NCBI GenBank assembly: GCA_965243135.1
Contig: OZ251539.1
Location: forward strand, 4,736,001-4,800,000
Source of the DNA: Alphaproteobacteria bacterium
GTDB lineage: Bacteria > Pseudomonadota > Alphaproteobacteria > MPNO01 > UBA830
Direction: 5' to 3'
Length of the DNA: 64,000 bases
Translations under genes and position numbers: made by a program
The notes under the pieces: generated by a model
Databases searched by the model: none
Told to the model about the DNA's origin: nothing
The model's input: only the letters and a program-made list of their open reading frames with translations
Shown here: in pieces, positions 1-9,870 of the stretch
Layout: the number at the start of each line of letters is the position of its first letter
Numbering within the stretch: the first letter of the stretch is position 1

Positions 1-177
1 AATCATAGAAATCCGTCCAGGGAAGTCAAAGCTTCGGGAGCCGTTCGGCCGGGGACCCTCCGGCGAGACGGGAGAACCGGAGACGGACCGCCGCCGCGAA
101 CGATGCGGCGCCGCGCCGCCCGGCCGAGGCTTCCCTCGCGGCGCCGGCGCCGCTACAAGTTGCGCATGCGAGCGACC

Positions 178-813
178 ATGCCTTCCCGCGACGTGGACGA
201 GTTCTTCCGCCGTCTGTCGGCCCGAAACCCGAACCCGGCGGGCGAACTGAACCACGTCAACGAATTCACGTTGCTGGTCGCCGTCGTCCTGTCGGCGCAG
301 GCTACGGATGCCGGCGTCAACAAGGCGACGGGGCCGTTGTTCAGGGTCGCCGACACGCCCGAGAAAATGCTGGCGCTGGGCGAAGCGAAGCTGCGCGACC
401 ACATCAAGACGATCGGCCTTTACCGCAACAAGGCGAAGAACGTCATTGCGCTTTCGGAGATGCTGCTGTCGCGTTTCGGAGGCGCGGTGCCGCGCGCCCG
501 CGAAGAGCTGATGACGCTGCCGGGCGTTGGGCGCAAGACGGCGAACGTCGTGTTGAACGTCGCGTTCGGCGAACCGACCATGGCGGTCGACACCCATATA
601 TTCCGCCTCGGCAATCGCACCGGCATGGCGCCCGGCAAGACCCCCGAAGAAGTGGAGGAAGGACTCGTGCGGCGCATACCGTCGACATGGATGAGGCATG
701 CGCATCACTGGCTGATCCTGCACGGCCGGTACGTCTGCAAAGCGCGCAAGCCCGACTGCCCGTCGTGCGAAGTCCGCGACCTGTGCAGGCACAAGGCGAA
801 GACCGAAGGTTGA
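178..813 (+). CDS. nth: Endonuclease III (DNA glycosylase/AP lyase)
   Basis: LLVAVVLSAQATD, HhH motif LPGVGRKTANVV, AVDTHIFR, and C-terminal 4Fe-4S motif CKARKPDCPSCEVRDLC. Start placed at ATG 178 (166 also possible). Confidence 0.96.
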   Translation: MPSRDVDEFFRRLSARNPNPAGELNHVNEFTLLVAVVLSAQATDAGVNKATGPLFRVADTPEKMLALGEAKLRDHIKTIGLYRNKAKNVIALSEMLLSRFGGAVPRAREELMTLPGVGRKTANVVLNVAFGEPTMAVDTHIFRLGNRTGMAPGKTPEEVEEGLVRRIPSTWMRHAHHWLILHGRYVCKARKPDCPSCEVRDLCRHKAKTEG

Positions 814-825
814 CGCCGCCGCGCG

Positions 826-1380
826 ATGATTCTGCTTCGGCACGGCCAGACGATGTTCAACGTCGTATTCGGGGAAACCCGCCGCGATCCGGGCATCCAC
901 GATCCGCCGCTGACGGAGCTCGGGCGCTCCCAGGCGCAGGATTCCGCGGAGGCGATTGCGGGCGAAGAAGTCACCCGAATCGTTTCGAGCCCTTACACTC
1001 GCGCCTTGCAGACCGCTTGGATCGTCGCCGGGCGGTTGGGCGTTCCCGTCTTCGTCGAACCGGACGTCCGGGAACGCACGGCCTTCGCGTGCGATGTCGG
1101 AACGCGCGCCAGCGAGTTGGCGGCCGGCTGGCCGACGCTCGATTTCTCGGGCGTGGACGAAATATGGTGGAACCGGCCGCACGAAACCGTGGAGGATTTT
1201 CACTTTCGCTGCGCGTCCTTTCGCCGCGCGGCGGCGGAAGCCGACGACTGGGGGTCGACCGCCGTCGTCACGCATTGGGGCGTGATCCGGTCGTTGACCG
1301 GTCGGAGGGTCGGCAACGGCGCGACCGTCCGGTGCGATCCGACGGCGCCGCATCCGCCCTTCGACGCGGCGTGGCCGTGA
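826..1380 (+). CDS. Histidine phosphatase (phosphoglycerate mutase) family protein
   Basis: N-terminal LLRHGQT, SSPYTRALQTA, VVTHWGVI. Confidence 0.9.
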   Translation: MILLRHGQTMFNVVFGETRRDPGIHDPPLTELGRSQAQDSAEAIAGEEVTRIVSSPYTRALQTAWIVAGRLGVPVFVEPDVRERTAFACDVGTRASELAAGWPTLDFSGVDEIWWNRPHETVEDFHFRCASFRRAAAEADDWGSTAVVTHWGVIRSLTGRRVGNGATVRCDPTAPHPPFDAAWP

Positions 1381-1848
1381 GCGCTTTCCGCGTCGGCGTT
1401 CCGTTGAATCTTGCGAAAAAGGAGCCGTAGGCAGCTCCCTCGACCCTGCCCGAGCTTGCTCGACGGCCGCGCGGAAAGACATGCATGGGCCGACGGCTTG
1501 GCGACGCCCTCCAGGCAGTCGGACGCTCGCGTAGAGGGCCTCGTACCTCGGGCGATTCGAGCGCCGCCGGCGCGGGACCGTCGGGACGACGAACCGCGCG
1601 AAGCGGATTCCGCGGCGGTCGATTCGTCGAGGTCCACGGGAGTCCGGAGCCGCAGGGACGCGGCGACTTCTCCCGCGAGGGACTCCGGACCTTCGGGCGT
1701 TCAGCGCGGCGGTAACGGGAGCGGTGCGTCTTTCGACGACCGTCCGTCCTCGCGGCCGGCAATCCGCCGCGAGACGTTTGCGCCCGAGCGGCGTTGTTCG
1801 GATGCGGCAACCGTGATAACCACCCTCGAAACGGGACAGGAGAACCAG

Positions 1849-2331
1849 ATGGCCGACCAACCGCCGAAGGGCAACGGTGCCAACGGCTCGGGGGCGGAGG
1901 AGGCTTCGGAGGGCGTCACTTTCGCGATCGGCGCACAGTACATTCAGGATCTGTCCTTCGAAAATCCGCGCGGCGCCGAGACCCTGGCTGCGCTCGAAGA
2001 GAGCCCGAACGTCAATATCGACGTCCGCACCAGCGCCACGGAAATGAATCCCGGCATGTACGAGGTTTCCCTGTTCATCCGTGCGGAGGCGAAGGCCGGG
2101 GACAGCACGATGTTCATCGTCGAGCTGACCTATGGCGGGCTGGTTCAGGTCGGCGGCGCTTCCGAGGAAGAAGCGAAGCCCATCGTGATGATCGAAGGCC
2201 CGCGCCATCTATTCCCGTTCGCGCGGGCGATCGTTTCGAACACCGTGCGGGACGGCGGATTCCCGCCGTTGATGGTCAATCCGATCGATTTCGCGGCGCT
2301 TTACGTGGAGCAACACGCCGACGCCGCGTAG
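1849..2331 (+). CDS. secB: Protein-export chaperone SecB
   Basis: AQYIQDLSFENP, LFPFARAIV, GGFPPLMVNPIDFAALY. AGGAG RBS precedes ATG 1849. Confidence 0.95.
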   Translation: MADQPPKGNGANGSGAEEASEGVTFAIGAQYIQDLSFENPRGAETLAALEESPNVNIDVRTSATEMNPGMYEVSLFIRAEAKAGDSTMFIVELTYGGLVQVGGASEEEAKPIVMIEGPRHLFPFARAIVSNTVRDGGFPPLMVNPIDFAALYVEQHADAA

Positions 2332-2366
2332 GCCGGCGCGCCGGTCTGCGCGGCGTCGGTCCGAGA

Positions 2367-2396
2367 TTCCTGCCGGGAAACGTTTCCCGGCAGGAA
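2367..2396. terminator. Perfect 30-bp palindrome between convergent secB and dctP; likely bidirectional terminator hairpin
   Basis: TTCCTGCCGGGAAAC|GTTTCCCGGCAGGAA read directly from the sequence. Confidence 0.6.
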
Positions 2397-2404
2397 CGTC
2401 GTCG

Positions 2405-3397
2405 CTACATCGTTTTTTGCGCCGCCGCTTTCAGCAGCTTGTACATCGGCGCGATCACGGGATCCTTTTCGAAAATCTCCTCGCCAAGCGGCCGCAGCTT
2501 GTCGAGGGCCGCGCGGCGCTCGGCCTCGTCGAGCCGGATCACCGTGCCGCCTTCGCCGGTCCATTTCTCCTCCCATTTGACGGTGTCGTCCCGCGACCAG
2601 TCGTTGGCGATCGGCGTCACCTCGCGGCCCACTTCCTTCAGCACGGCGCGTTCCTTGTCGGAAAGCTTCGCGAGCCATTTGGCGCTGGTCCACATCGAGG
2701 TCGGGATATAGGTGAAATGCGTGGGCGTGAGGTACTTCGCCGCGGTATAGAACTTCGACGGCCCCATCACGACGACCGCCGAACTGGCGCCGTCGAGCAC
2801 GCGGCGCTGGATCGCCGGCAGAACTTCCGAATAGGCCATCGGCGTTCCGGCCGCGCCGAGCTGCTTCATGATCGCCACCTCCATCGGCGACGCGAGCACG
2901 CGGATCTTCTTGCCCTGCACGTCGGAAAGCTTGCGCACCGGATCCCGCATCGCCAGCGCCGAAGCTCCGGCCGACACGATATACATGCCGGTCACGCCCT
3001 TGGCGGTAGCGAGATTGAGGAACTTGTCGCGGACGGTCGGATGATTGAGAGTCTTGGTCTGGTGGCCGAAACTGTCGAAAAGTCCCGGCGCGTCGGGCGC
3101 CATGAACGCCTTGTTCAGCCCGACGAAAAAGCCCGGCGGCGATATGAACGCTTCCTGCGTTCCGAGCAGAACGCCTTCGATCTGGCGCGGTATCTTGCCC
3201 AGCTGCGCCGCCGGAAAGACCTTCACCGTGATCGAGCCGCCGGTTCGTTTTTCCACTTCCTTGGCGATCCAGTTGGCGGATTTGTGCTGGCCGTCGTTGA
3301 TCGTCACGAAGCCGATCTTCATGACGGTTGCGGCGGAAGCGGATCCCAACGCCAGACTCGCTGCGAACGCCGCCGCGGTAATTGTCCCGAGCTTCAT
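2405..3397 (-). CDS. dctP: TRAP transporter substrate-binding protein (DctP family)
   Basis: Signal peptide, VKVFPAAQLG, GKKIRVLAS, PMAYSEVLPAIQRRVLDG. No dctQ/dctM in the window. Confidence 0.9.
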   Translation of the reverse strand: MKLGTITAAAFAASLALGSASAATVMKIGFVTINDGQHKSANWIAKEVEKRTGGSITVKVFPAAQLGKIPRQIEGVLLGTQEAFISPPGFFVGLNKAFMAPDAPGLFDSFGHQTKTLNHPTVRDKFLNLATAKGVTGMYIVSAGASALAMRDPVRKLSDVQGKKIRVLASPMEVAIMKQLGAAGTPMAYSEVLPAIQRRVLDGASSAVVVMGPSKFYTAAKYLTPTHFTYIPTSMWTSAKWLAKLSDKERAVLKEVGREVTPIANDWSRDDTVKWEEKWTGEGGTVIRLDEAERRAALDKLRPLGEEIFEKDPVIAPMYKLLKAAAQKTM

Positions 3398-3467
3398 CGT
3401 TTCCCCCTTCAAAGGTTAGGGACGCATACTATCCCCCGAAACGCCGCCCGCGCAAATCGGTCCGTCG

Positions 3468-3860
3468 TCACGGCGCGGGCGGGAGGACCGTCCGCGCGAT
3501 GGGCGCGGGCAACGACGCCAGGAATCTCGTTCGCGAAACCAGCATGCGCGCGTGCGTGCCTCGGGCGATTTCGCGCATGCCGGCGCGCGCGAACACGTTG
3601 AAGGCGACGCGGCGGCCGGCGACCTCCGTGATCGTAGCCTCGGCGTGAAGCGCTTCTCCGGGCCGAGCGTCTCCCCAGAACCAGATGTCGTTATGAAGTC
3701 CGACGCTCGAGTCGTCCGGGCCGAAGCCGGGCGCGAGGACATTGTGCGCCGCCATCTCGCAAAGGAGATGCAGCGTCGCGGTCGACAGGCTCCCGCCGGA
3801 CATGTCGGCGTCGTCCAGCACCCTGATTTCCCATGCGGCGAGGCCGGGGCCGACGATCAT
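3468..3860 (-). CDS. Hotdog-fold thioesterase, FlK (fluoroacetyl-CoA thioesterase)-like, divergent copy
   Basis: LSTATLHLLCEMAA, SSVG, GRRVAFNVFA, IARGTHAR. ATGA overlap with the upstream paralogue. Confidence 0.7.
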   Translation of the reverse strand: MIVGPGLAAWEIRVLDDADMSGGSLSTATLHLLCEMAAHNVLAPGFGPDDSSVGLHNDIWFWGDARPGEALHAEATITEVAGRRVAFNVFARAGMREIARGTHARMLVSRTRFLASLPAPIARTVLPPAP

Positions 3861-4186
3861 GCGGCGCGCATCCGCCAGATTCGGCCGGATACGATTTCGC
3901 GCCGGGAGTCGCTGCCCGATACCGAGAAGATCAGGCGGTCGTCGCGGATCTCGATCAGTTCGGCCCGGATTTCCACCATGTCGCCCGCCGGGGTGGCGGC
4001 GAGATGCCGGAGATCCGCGCGGACGCGCCGCGTGGCGCCGTCGCAGGCCTCGCGCGCCGCCCGCTCGCAGAACTCCGCCAGGCGCGGCGTGGCGAGCACA
4101 TGTATTCCCGGATTCCCGAGAGCGTGCGCGGTGTCGGCCTCGGTTACCTCGGCTCTCCAGCAGCCGGTTCGTCCGACGTGCATCAC
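3857..4186 (-). CDS. Hotdog-fold thioesterase, FlK-like
   Basis: HVLATPRLAEFCERAA and LRHLAATPAG retain the Thr/Glu/His pattern of FlK-like enzymes. Confidence 0.75.
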   Translation of the reverse strand: MMHVGRTGCWRAEVTEADTAHALGNPGIHVLATPRLAEFCERAAREACDGATRRVRADLRHLAATPAGDMVEIRAELIEIRDDRLIFSVSGSDSRREIVSGRIWRMRAA

Positions 4187-5202
4187 CCCGCCGTTCGGTA
4201 GCGATAGAGGCCGTCCGCGTCCTTGCGCCGCTCGAGCGCGCCGCCGGCGGCCAGGTAATTCAGGTGGGCCAGAGTTTCGCCGATCGCGAAGCCGTATTCG
4301 CGCGGGCCTATTTCACGGCTGAACAGGACGGGGACCACCTCGGCGGCGGACCGCGGCGCAGCGCAGGCCTTCCGGGCCGCCTCGAGACGCTCCTCGTGAT
4401 GCGCGCGCAGGTCTTCGAGCCTGCCGTGAACGCCGCGGAAGGGATAGTCGTGCGACGGCAGCGCCAGCACCTGACGAGGCAAGTGGCGGTATTTCTCGAA
4501 ACTCTCGAAATACTCGCCCAACGGATCTCCGTCGGGTTCGGTGTACCAGAGGCTGATATTCGAAGTGATGCGGGGCAAAATCTGATCCCCTGAGATCAAC
4601 ACGTTCAGTTCCGGGCACCACAGCGAGGCGTGCTCGTGCGTATGGCCGCCGCCGGTGATCACATGCCATGCGCGGCCGCCGATCGGGATTTCCTCGCCGT
4701 CCCGGATGCGTCGAACCGTCTTCGGGAGCCGGTACCAGGGTTCGCTCAGTTCGTCGCGGAACTTCCTGAAGCCGTTCGTCATTTCGGCGGGCGCGCCGTT
4801 CTCGAGGAAGAAGTCGTCCCAGAGGTCGAAGTCGTGGGTTATCGACCGGGAGTCCGCGACGTGGGCCTGAAGCCATTCCGTGTAGGTCATCCACAAGGGG
4901 GCCGCGAATTCCTCGGCGAACCAGCCGGCAAGCCCCAGGTGGTCGGGGTGGTAGTGCGTGCAGATCACGCGCGTCGGCGTCGCTCCCAGGTCCGAGAGCG
5001 CCTTCCGCCAGATGTCGCGCGACCGGACGTCGTTGTAGCCGGTGTCGACCGCGGTCCAGCCGTCGCCGTCTTCCAGCAGCCACAGATTGACGTGGTCGAG
5101 CGCGAAGGGCAGCGGCATGCGGATCCAGCGAATGCCGGGAGCGACTTCGAGATGTTGTCCGTGGTCGAGTTTCGGAAACGGGTAATCGGGTTCGTAGGCC
5201 AT
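4183..5202 (-). CDS. MBL-fold metallo-hydrolase
   Basis: MPLPFALDHVNLWLL, THYHPDHLG, GGHTHEH, SGDQILP, LPSH. Confidence 0.92.
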   Translation of the reverse strand: MAYEPDYPFPKLDHGQHLEVAPGIRWIRMPLPFALDHVNLWLLEDGDGWTAVDTGYNDVRSRDIWRKALSDLGATPTRVICTHYHPDHLGLAGWFAEEFAAPLWMTYTEWLQAHVADSRSITHDFDLWDDFFLENGAPAEMTNGFRKFRDELSEPWYRLPKTVRRIRDGEEIPIGGRAWHVITGGGHTHEHASLWCPELNVLISGDQILPRITSNISLWYTEPDGDPLGEYFESFEKYRHLPRQVLALPSHDYPFRGVHGRLEDLRAHHEERLEAARKACAAPRSAAEVVPVLFSREIGPREYGFAIGETLAHLNYLAAGGALERRKDADGLYRYRTAG

Positions 5203-5542
5203 GACGCGCAGCAAGCGAATGATGGGGGGTTATACCAGAAAATCCGCTTGGCGGGCGCACCGTGACGATTTGGCTCGCCCTGCTGGATTGTTCCGCTCTC
5301 TCGTAATTCTTGAAAGGCGTCCGGAAAGGGCGCCGAGAACGCCGGTTTTTCCGCTCCGTTCGCGCCGATCGCGAGGTGGACGCCGGGCCGGAGCATGAAT
5401 TCGGGCGCTCTCCAAGGCCCGAAAGTTACGGAGTTCGGGTCAACGCGCGCCGGATCGAAGTCGGACGCCTGACCGGGTTGACGGCGCTGCGCCGGGCGGA
5501 CGGCAGCCGAAAAAATAGCGCAGCGCAACCGTGTCGTCCGCC

Positions 5543-5602
5543 GGGGCGGAGTTCGGCCGGGAAGAGCGCAACATCGTGGACTTCAAGTTCGAGACCGTCT
5601 GA
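5543..5602 (+). pseudogene. 3'-terminal remnant of an AAA-ATPase/PD-(D/E)XK paralogue
   Basis: Translates GAEFGREERNIVDFKFETV*, matching GMEFGREERNIVGFEHEAA* at 7181-7240. Confidence 0.8.
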
Positions 5603-5713
5603 AACCGGGCGCCGCAATCGGAACTCAAGACCAGCGACGGCGGACACCGGGGCCCCCGCGGGAGGAAGCCTCGGTTCGACAACGGCCGCGCCGCAGGTTA
5701 AGCTTGCGGCGCG

Positions 5714-7240
5714 ATGAAACGCGCACTGCCCATCGGCATCCAGACTTTCCGCGAGATCCGGGAGGAAGGTCATTACTACGTCGACAAGACAGCTTACGCT
5801 TGGCGATTGACGGAAAGAGACAAGCACTACTTCCTGTCGCGACCGCGGCGTTTCGGCAAGAGCCTGTTCGTGGACACGCTGAAGGAGCTATTCGAGGGTG
5901 CCGAGCCGCTGTTCCGGGGGCTGGATATCCATGGGCGCTGGGACTGGTCGATCCGCCATCCGGTGCTGCGGATCAGTTTCGGTTCCGGCCAGCTCGGCAA
6001 CCCCGACCGGCTGCACAGGAACGCGATGATGCAGCTCGACATCGCCGAGAAGCGCGCCGGCGTCCAATGCGGCGACCCCGACGCGTCCGACCGCCTTCAT
6101 CGTCTGATCGCCGAACTGCACGAGCGCGCGGGGCGGCGCGTGGTCGTGCTCGTGGACGAATACGACAAGCCGATCCTGGACGCGCTCGGCGACCGGGAAC
6201 TGGCGCGGGCCACCCGCGACTTCCTGCGCGGCTTCTACAGCGTCGTCAAGGACTGCGACTCGCATATCCGGTTCACCTTCCTTACCGGCGTGAGCAAGTT
6301 GGCTGGCCTGTTCTCGGGCCTGAACAATCTGACCGACATCACGCTGGAGCCGGAGTTTTCGGCCATCTGCGGCTACACGGACGCGGAGCTGGACGCGGTC
6401 TTCGCCCCGGAACTCGAGGGCCTGGACCGGGACGAGATCCGCCGCTGGTACAACGGCTACAGCTGGCGGGGCGCGGAGAAACTCTACAACCCGTACGATG
6501 TCCTGCTGCTTTTCCGGCGTCGCCAGTTCGAGGCGCACTGGTTCCGGAGCGGCACGCCGACCTTCCTCGTCGACCTTTTGTCGCGGCGACGGATCGAGGC
6601 GCCGACATTGGAAGGACTTGTCGCGGATGACGATCTGCTGTCAGCCTTCGACGTCGACGACATCTCGACCGAAGCGCTTTTGTTCCAGACCGGCTACCTG
6701 ACCATCGTCGGCGAGGAGGCCGCCGCTGGCGGACGCCTGTACCGGTTGGATTACCCGAACCGCGGGGTGAAGCTCAGCCTGAACAAGCGGTTGCTGCGCG
6801 CGGCGGCGCCGGTAACTGGACAAGAGGCGACAAGGCAGGCGGAACTGGCCAGGCTGACGGCGGAGGACAATCCGGAGAAGGTGAAGGCGCTGTTCGAGGC
6901 GTTCTTCGCGAGCGTTCCTCACGACTGGCACCGGAAGAACGACCTCTACGAGGGCTATTGGGCGGCCCTCGTCTACTCGCACTTCGCGGCGGCGGGTCTG
7001 GACGTTCGGGTCGAGGAAGCGACTGTCCGCGGACGTCTGGACATGGCGGTGCTGACTCCGGGGTGCGTGCATCTGTACGAGTTCAAGGTCGTGGACCGGG
7101 GGCCGGAAGGCCGGGCGCTGGCACGGGAGCGCGGCTACGCGGACAAGTACCGGCATCTTGGGGTGCCGATCCGGTTGATCGGCATGGAGTTCGGCCGGGA
7201 GGAGCGCAACATCGTTGGATTCGAGCATGAAGCCGCTTGA
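5714..7240 (+). CDS. AAA-ATPase-like protein with C-terminal PD-(D/E)XK nuclease domain
   Basis: LPIGIQTF, YYVDKT, Walker A SRPRRFGKS, Walker B VLVDEYDKP, C-terminal GRLDM...LYEFK. Confidence 0.92.
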   Translation: MKRALPIGIQTFREIREEGHYYVDKTAYAWRLTERDKHYFLSRPRRFGKSLFVDTLKELFEGAEPLFRGLDIHGRWDWSIRHPVLRISFGSGQLGNPDRLHRNAMMQLDIAEKRAGVQCGDPDASDRLHRLIAELHERAGRRVVVLVDEYDKPILDALGDRELARATRDFLRGFYSVVKDCDSHIRFTFLTGVSKLAGLFSGLNNLTDITLEPEFSAICGYTDAELDAVFAPELEGLDRDEIRRWYNGYSWRGAEKLYNPYDVLLLFRRRQFEAHWFRSGTPTFLVDLLSRRRIEAPTLEGLVADDDLLSAFDVDDISTEALLFQTGYLTIVGEEAAAGGRLYRLDYPNRGVKLSLNKRLLRAAAPVTGQEATRQAELARLTAEDNPEKVKALFEAFFASVPHDWHRKNDLYEGYWAALVYSHFAAAGLDVRVEEATVRGRLDMAVLTPGCVHLYEFKVVDRGPEGRALARERGYADKYRHLGVPIRLIGMEFGREERNIVGFEHEAA

Positions 7241-7315
7241 AGTTGCCAGCGGACGAGTTCGACGTCCCACATTTCGACGAGCGGTGGCATAATGGGACAA
7301 ACGGAGGGCTTAGAC

Positions 7316-7771
7316 ATGGCGATCGCGACATTCGGTGCGGGGTGCTTCTGGGGCGTCGAGGCGGCATTCCGCAAGCTTGATGGAGTCACCGCAACTTCGG
7401 TCGGTTACATGGGCGGAGACGTGCCGAACGTCACCTACACCATGGTTTGCACCGGCACGACAGGCCATGCCGAAGTCGTGCAGGTGGAATACGACGCCGA
7501 GCGGATATCTTACGAAGAGCTTCTGCAGGCGTTCTGGTCATGCCACGACCCATCCCAAGTGAACCGCCAGGGTCCTGACTTCGGCACGCAATATCGAACG
7601 GTGATCTTCCACCACGACGAGGCGCAAAGGGCCGTTGCGGAGGCATCGAAGCGGGCGTTGGCCGAAGCCGGGCGCAAAATCGCCACCCGGATAGAGCCTG
7701 CGGCGGATTACTGGATCGCGGAAGACTATCACCAGCAGTATTTCGAGAAGCGGCGCCGCCTGTTCGGGTAG
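7316..7771 (+). CDS. msrA: Peptide methionine (S)-sulfoxide reductase
   Basis: GAGCFWGVE, TGHAEVV, RQGPDFGTQYR, AEDYHQQY. Confidence 0.97.
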   Translation: MAIATFGAGCFWGVEAAFRKLDGVTATSVGYMGGDVPNVTYTMVCTGTTGHAEVVQVEYDAERISYEELLQAFWSCHDPSQVNRQGPDFGTQYRTVIFHHDEAQRAVAEASKRALAEAGRKIATRIEPAADYWIAEDYHQQYFEKRRRLFG

Positions 7772-7777
7772 GGGTCG

Positions 7778-8518
7778 TCAGCCCGATTTCCGCAGCGCCT
7801 GTCTTTCCGCCAGCTCCGCCGTCGACTTGGCCGTCTGGCCGTAGAGCAGTTCGCGCTGCCGTTCGGTCGGCGGCGCGTTGCGGCGCAGATCCTTGCCGAG
7901 GTCGACGGCCCGCCGCACGGCCGGGCGTTCCTTGATCGCCTGGCGCCACCGGGTCACGTTGGGAAATTCGTCGAGCGGCTGTCCCATCGCCTTCGCGATC
8001 AGCACCCAGGGCCAGCTCGCCATGTCGGCAATCGAATACGTCTCTCCGGCGAGATACTCCCGGCCCTCCAACCGGCGCTCCAAAACGCCGATGCAACGGT
8101 TGTATTCGTTTGCGTAACGGGTCTTGGAATAGGCCTCGTCGCCCGGCGCGTAATTGACGAAGTGGCTGAACTGTCCCGCCATGGGCCCCAGATTGCCCAC
8201 CTGCCAGAAGAGCCACTCGAGAACTTCCTTTCGGTCCGGCGGGCGGTCCGGCATGAAACGTCCGCTGCTCTCCGCCAGATGCAACAGAATGGCGCCCGAT
8301 TCGAAAACCGACGTCGGTCCCTTCCCGTACTTCGCCGGGGGGTCGCGATCGACGATGGCCGGCATCCGGTTGTTCGGACTGATCGCGAGAAACTCCGGCG
8401 CGAACTGTTCGCCTTTCCCGATATCGACCGGAATCATGCGGTATTCGATGCCGCATTCCTCCAGCATGATCGCGACCTTCCACCCGTTGGGCGTGGGCCA
8501 GTAGTAGAAGTCGATCAC
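7778..8518 (-). CDS. Glutathione S-transferase, YfcG/YghU (Nu) type
   Basis: YYWPTPNGWKV, ISPNNRMPAIVD, VFESGAILLHLAE, YSIADMASWPW. GTG start overlaps the upstream stop (GTGA). Confidence 0.92.
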   Translation of the reverse strand: MIDFYYWPTPNGWKVAIMLEECGIEYRMIPVDIGKGEQFAPEFLAISPNNRMPAIVDRDPPAKYGKGPTSVFESGAILLHLAESSGRFMPDRPPDRKEVLEWLFWQVGNLGPMAGQFSHFVNYAPGDEAYSKTRYANEYNRCIGVLERRLEGREYLAGETYSIADMASWPWVLIAKAMGQPLDEFPNVTRWRQAIKERPAVRRAVDLGKDLRRNAPPTERQRELLYGQTAKSTAELAERQALRKSG

Positions 8519-9729
8519 GCTTCCGCGCTCCGTTCGCGCGTTCCGGCGGCGACGCCCTCGCCGAACAGATCGGAGATTTCCGATGCGCTGAAGCCCGCCT
8601 CGGCCAGGATTTCCCCGGTATGCTCGCCGAGCGAGGGACCGCCGCGGCGCAGCGCGGTCGGGGTTTCGGAGAATCGCGCCGCGGGCCTGGCCTGGCGCGT
8701 GCGTCCGGCTGCGGGGTGGTCGAATTCGACGACGATGCCGTTGGCGGCGGTTTGCGGATGAAGCATAGCTTGCGACCGCGTCAGCACCGGAGCGCAGGGA
8801 ACGTCCTCCGCTTCGAGCCGGGCGAGCCAGTCGGCGGAACCGCGCCGGCGCAGCGCGTCCTGCGTCAGGTCGAGGCGGTCGTCGATATTCCGCTGGCGCA
8901 GGGCGGGCGTGCGGAAGCGCGGATCTTCGAGCCATTCCGGCTTTTCGAGGGCTCTCGTCAACGCGGTCCACTCCTTGTCGGTTTGCACCGCGACGCTGAT
9001 GTATCCGTCGGCGGTCTCGTAGATCAGATCGATGAAGCTTGCCGCCCGCTGCTGGGGAATAGGCTCGTCCACGAAGGTCTGGCTTCCCATGTCGGACCCC
9101 CACAGAAAGGCCATGATCGCGTCCAGCATCGACAGGCGGACATGCTGGCCGCGTCCGGTGCGCTCGCGAGACAGCAGGGCGGCGGTGATCGCCTGCGCCG
9201 CCACCGTGCCAGTCAGCTTGTCCGGGAGGATCGTGCGCACCAGTTTCGGCCGTTCGCCGTCCGATCCCGCCTGAACGCTGGCCAGTCCCGACAACGCCTG
9301 GATCAGGGGGTCGTAGACAGGTTTCGCGGCGTAAGGACCGGTTTCTCCGAAGCCGCAGATCGAGACGTAAACGATCCGCTTCGCCGCCTCGCGAATCGCC
9401 GCCTCGCCGATTCCCATGCGTTCAGCCACGCCCGGGCGGAAATTCTGGACGAACACGTCGGCGCCGGCGGCGAGGCGGATCAGCGCTTCCTTCCCCTCGG
9501 GGCGCTTCAGGTTCAGCGCCACCGACCGCTTGTTGCGGTTGTTGTTGAGAAAGGCCGCCGCGACGCCATTTCGCGCATTGGCTCCCGCTCGCGTGTAGTC
9601 GCCGCCCGCGGGATTTTCCACCTTGATCACGTCCGCGCCCTGGTCGGCGAGCAGCATGGTCGCAGACGGTCCCGAAACCATCGAGGTCACGTCGACAATC
9701 CGGATACCGTCCAAAGGGCCGTTCATCAT
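8515..9729 (-). CDS. CaiB/BaiF family III CoA transferase
   Basis: PLDGIRIVD, LADQGADVIKVE, NRNKRSVALNLK, QNFRPG, YDPLIQA. Confidence 0.94.
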   Translation of the reverse strand: MMNGPLDGIRIVDVTSMVSGPSATMLLADQGADVIKVENPAGGDYTRAGANARNGVAAAFLNNNRNKRSVALNLKRPEGKEALIRLAAGADVFVQNFRPGVAERMGIGEAAIREAAKRIVYVSICGFGETGPYAAKPVYDPLIQALSGLASVQAGSDGERPKLVRTILPDKLTGTVAAQAITAALLSRERTGRGQHVRLSMLDAIMAFLWGSDMGSQTFVDEPIPQQRAASFIDLIYETADGYISVAVQTDKEWTALTRALEKPEWLEDPRFRTPALRQRNIDDRLDLTQDALRRRGSADWLARLEAEDVPCAPVLTRSQAMLHPQTAANGIVVEFDHPAAGRTRQARPAARFSETPTALRRGGPSLGEHTGEILAEAGFSASEISDLFGEGVAAGTRERSAEA

Positions 9730-9870
9730 TGCCTACATATATTGCGTCGCGGGCCGCCATCCAAGGAAAATTTGTCCGGCGGGTCCCCGTTCGCTGCCGG
9801 GCCGGCCGCGCCTACGCTCGGCCGACAAGCCGATTGCAGCCATGCCCGCATATTTCCGGCGGATCTGCGG

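Noticed and set aside
1385-1845. N-terminal extension of SecB or a separate gene upstream
   Set aside because: Low-complexity translation in all frames, and a clear RBS marks ATG 1849. Possibly decayed DNA, but no family was recognised.
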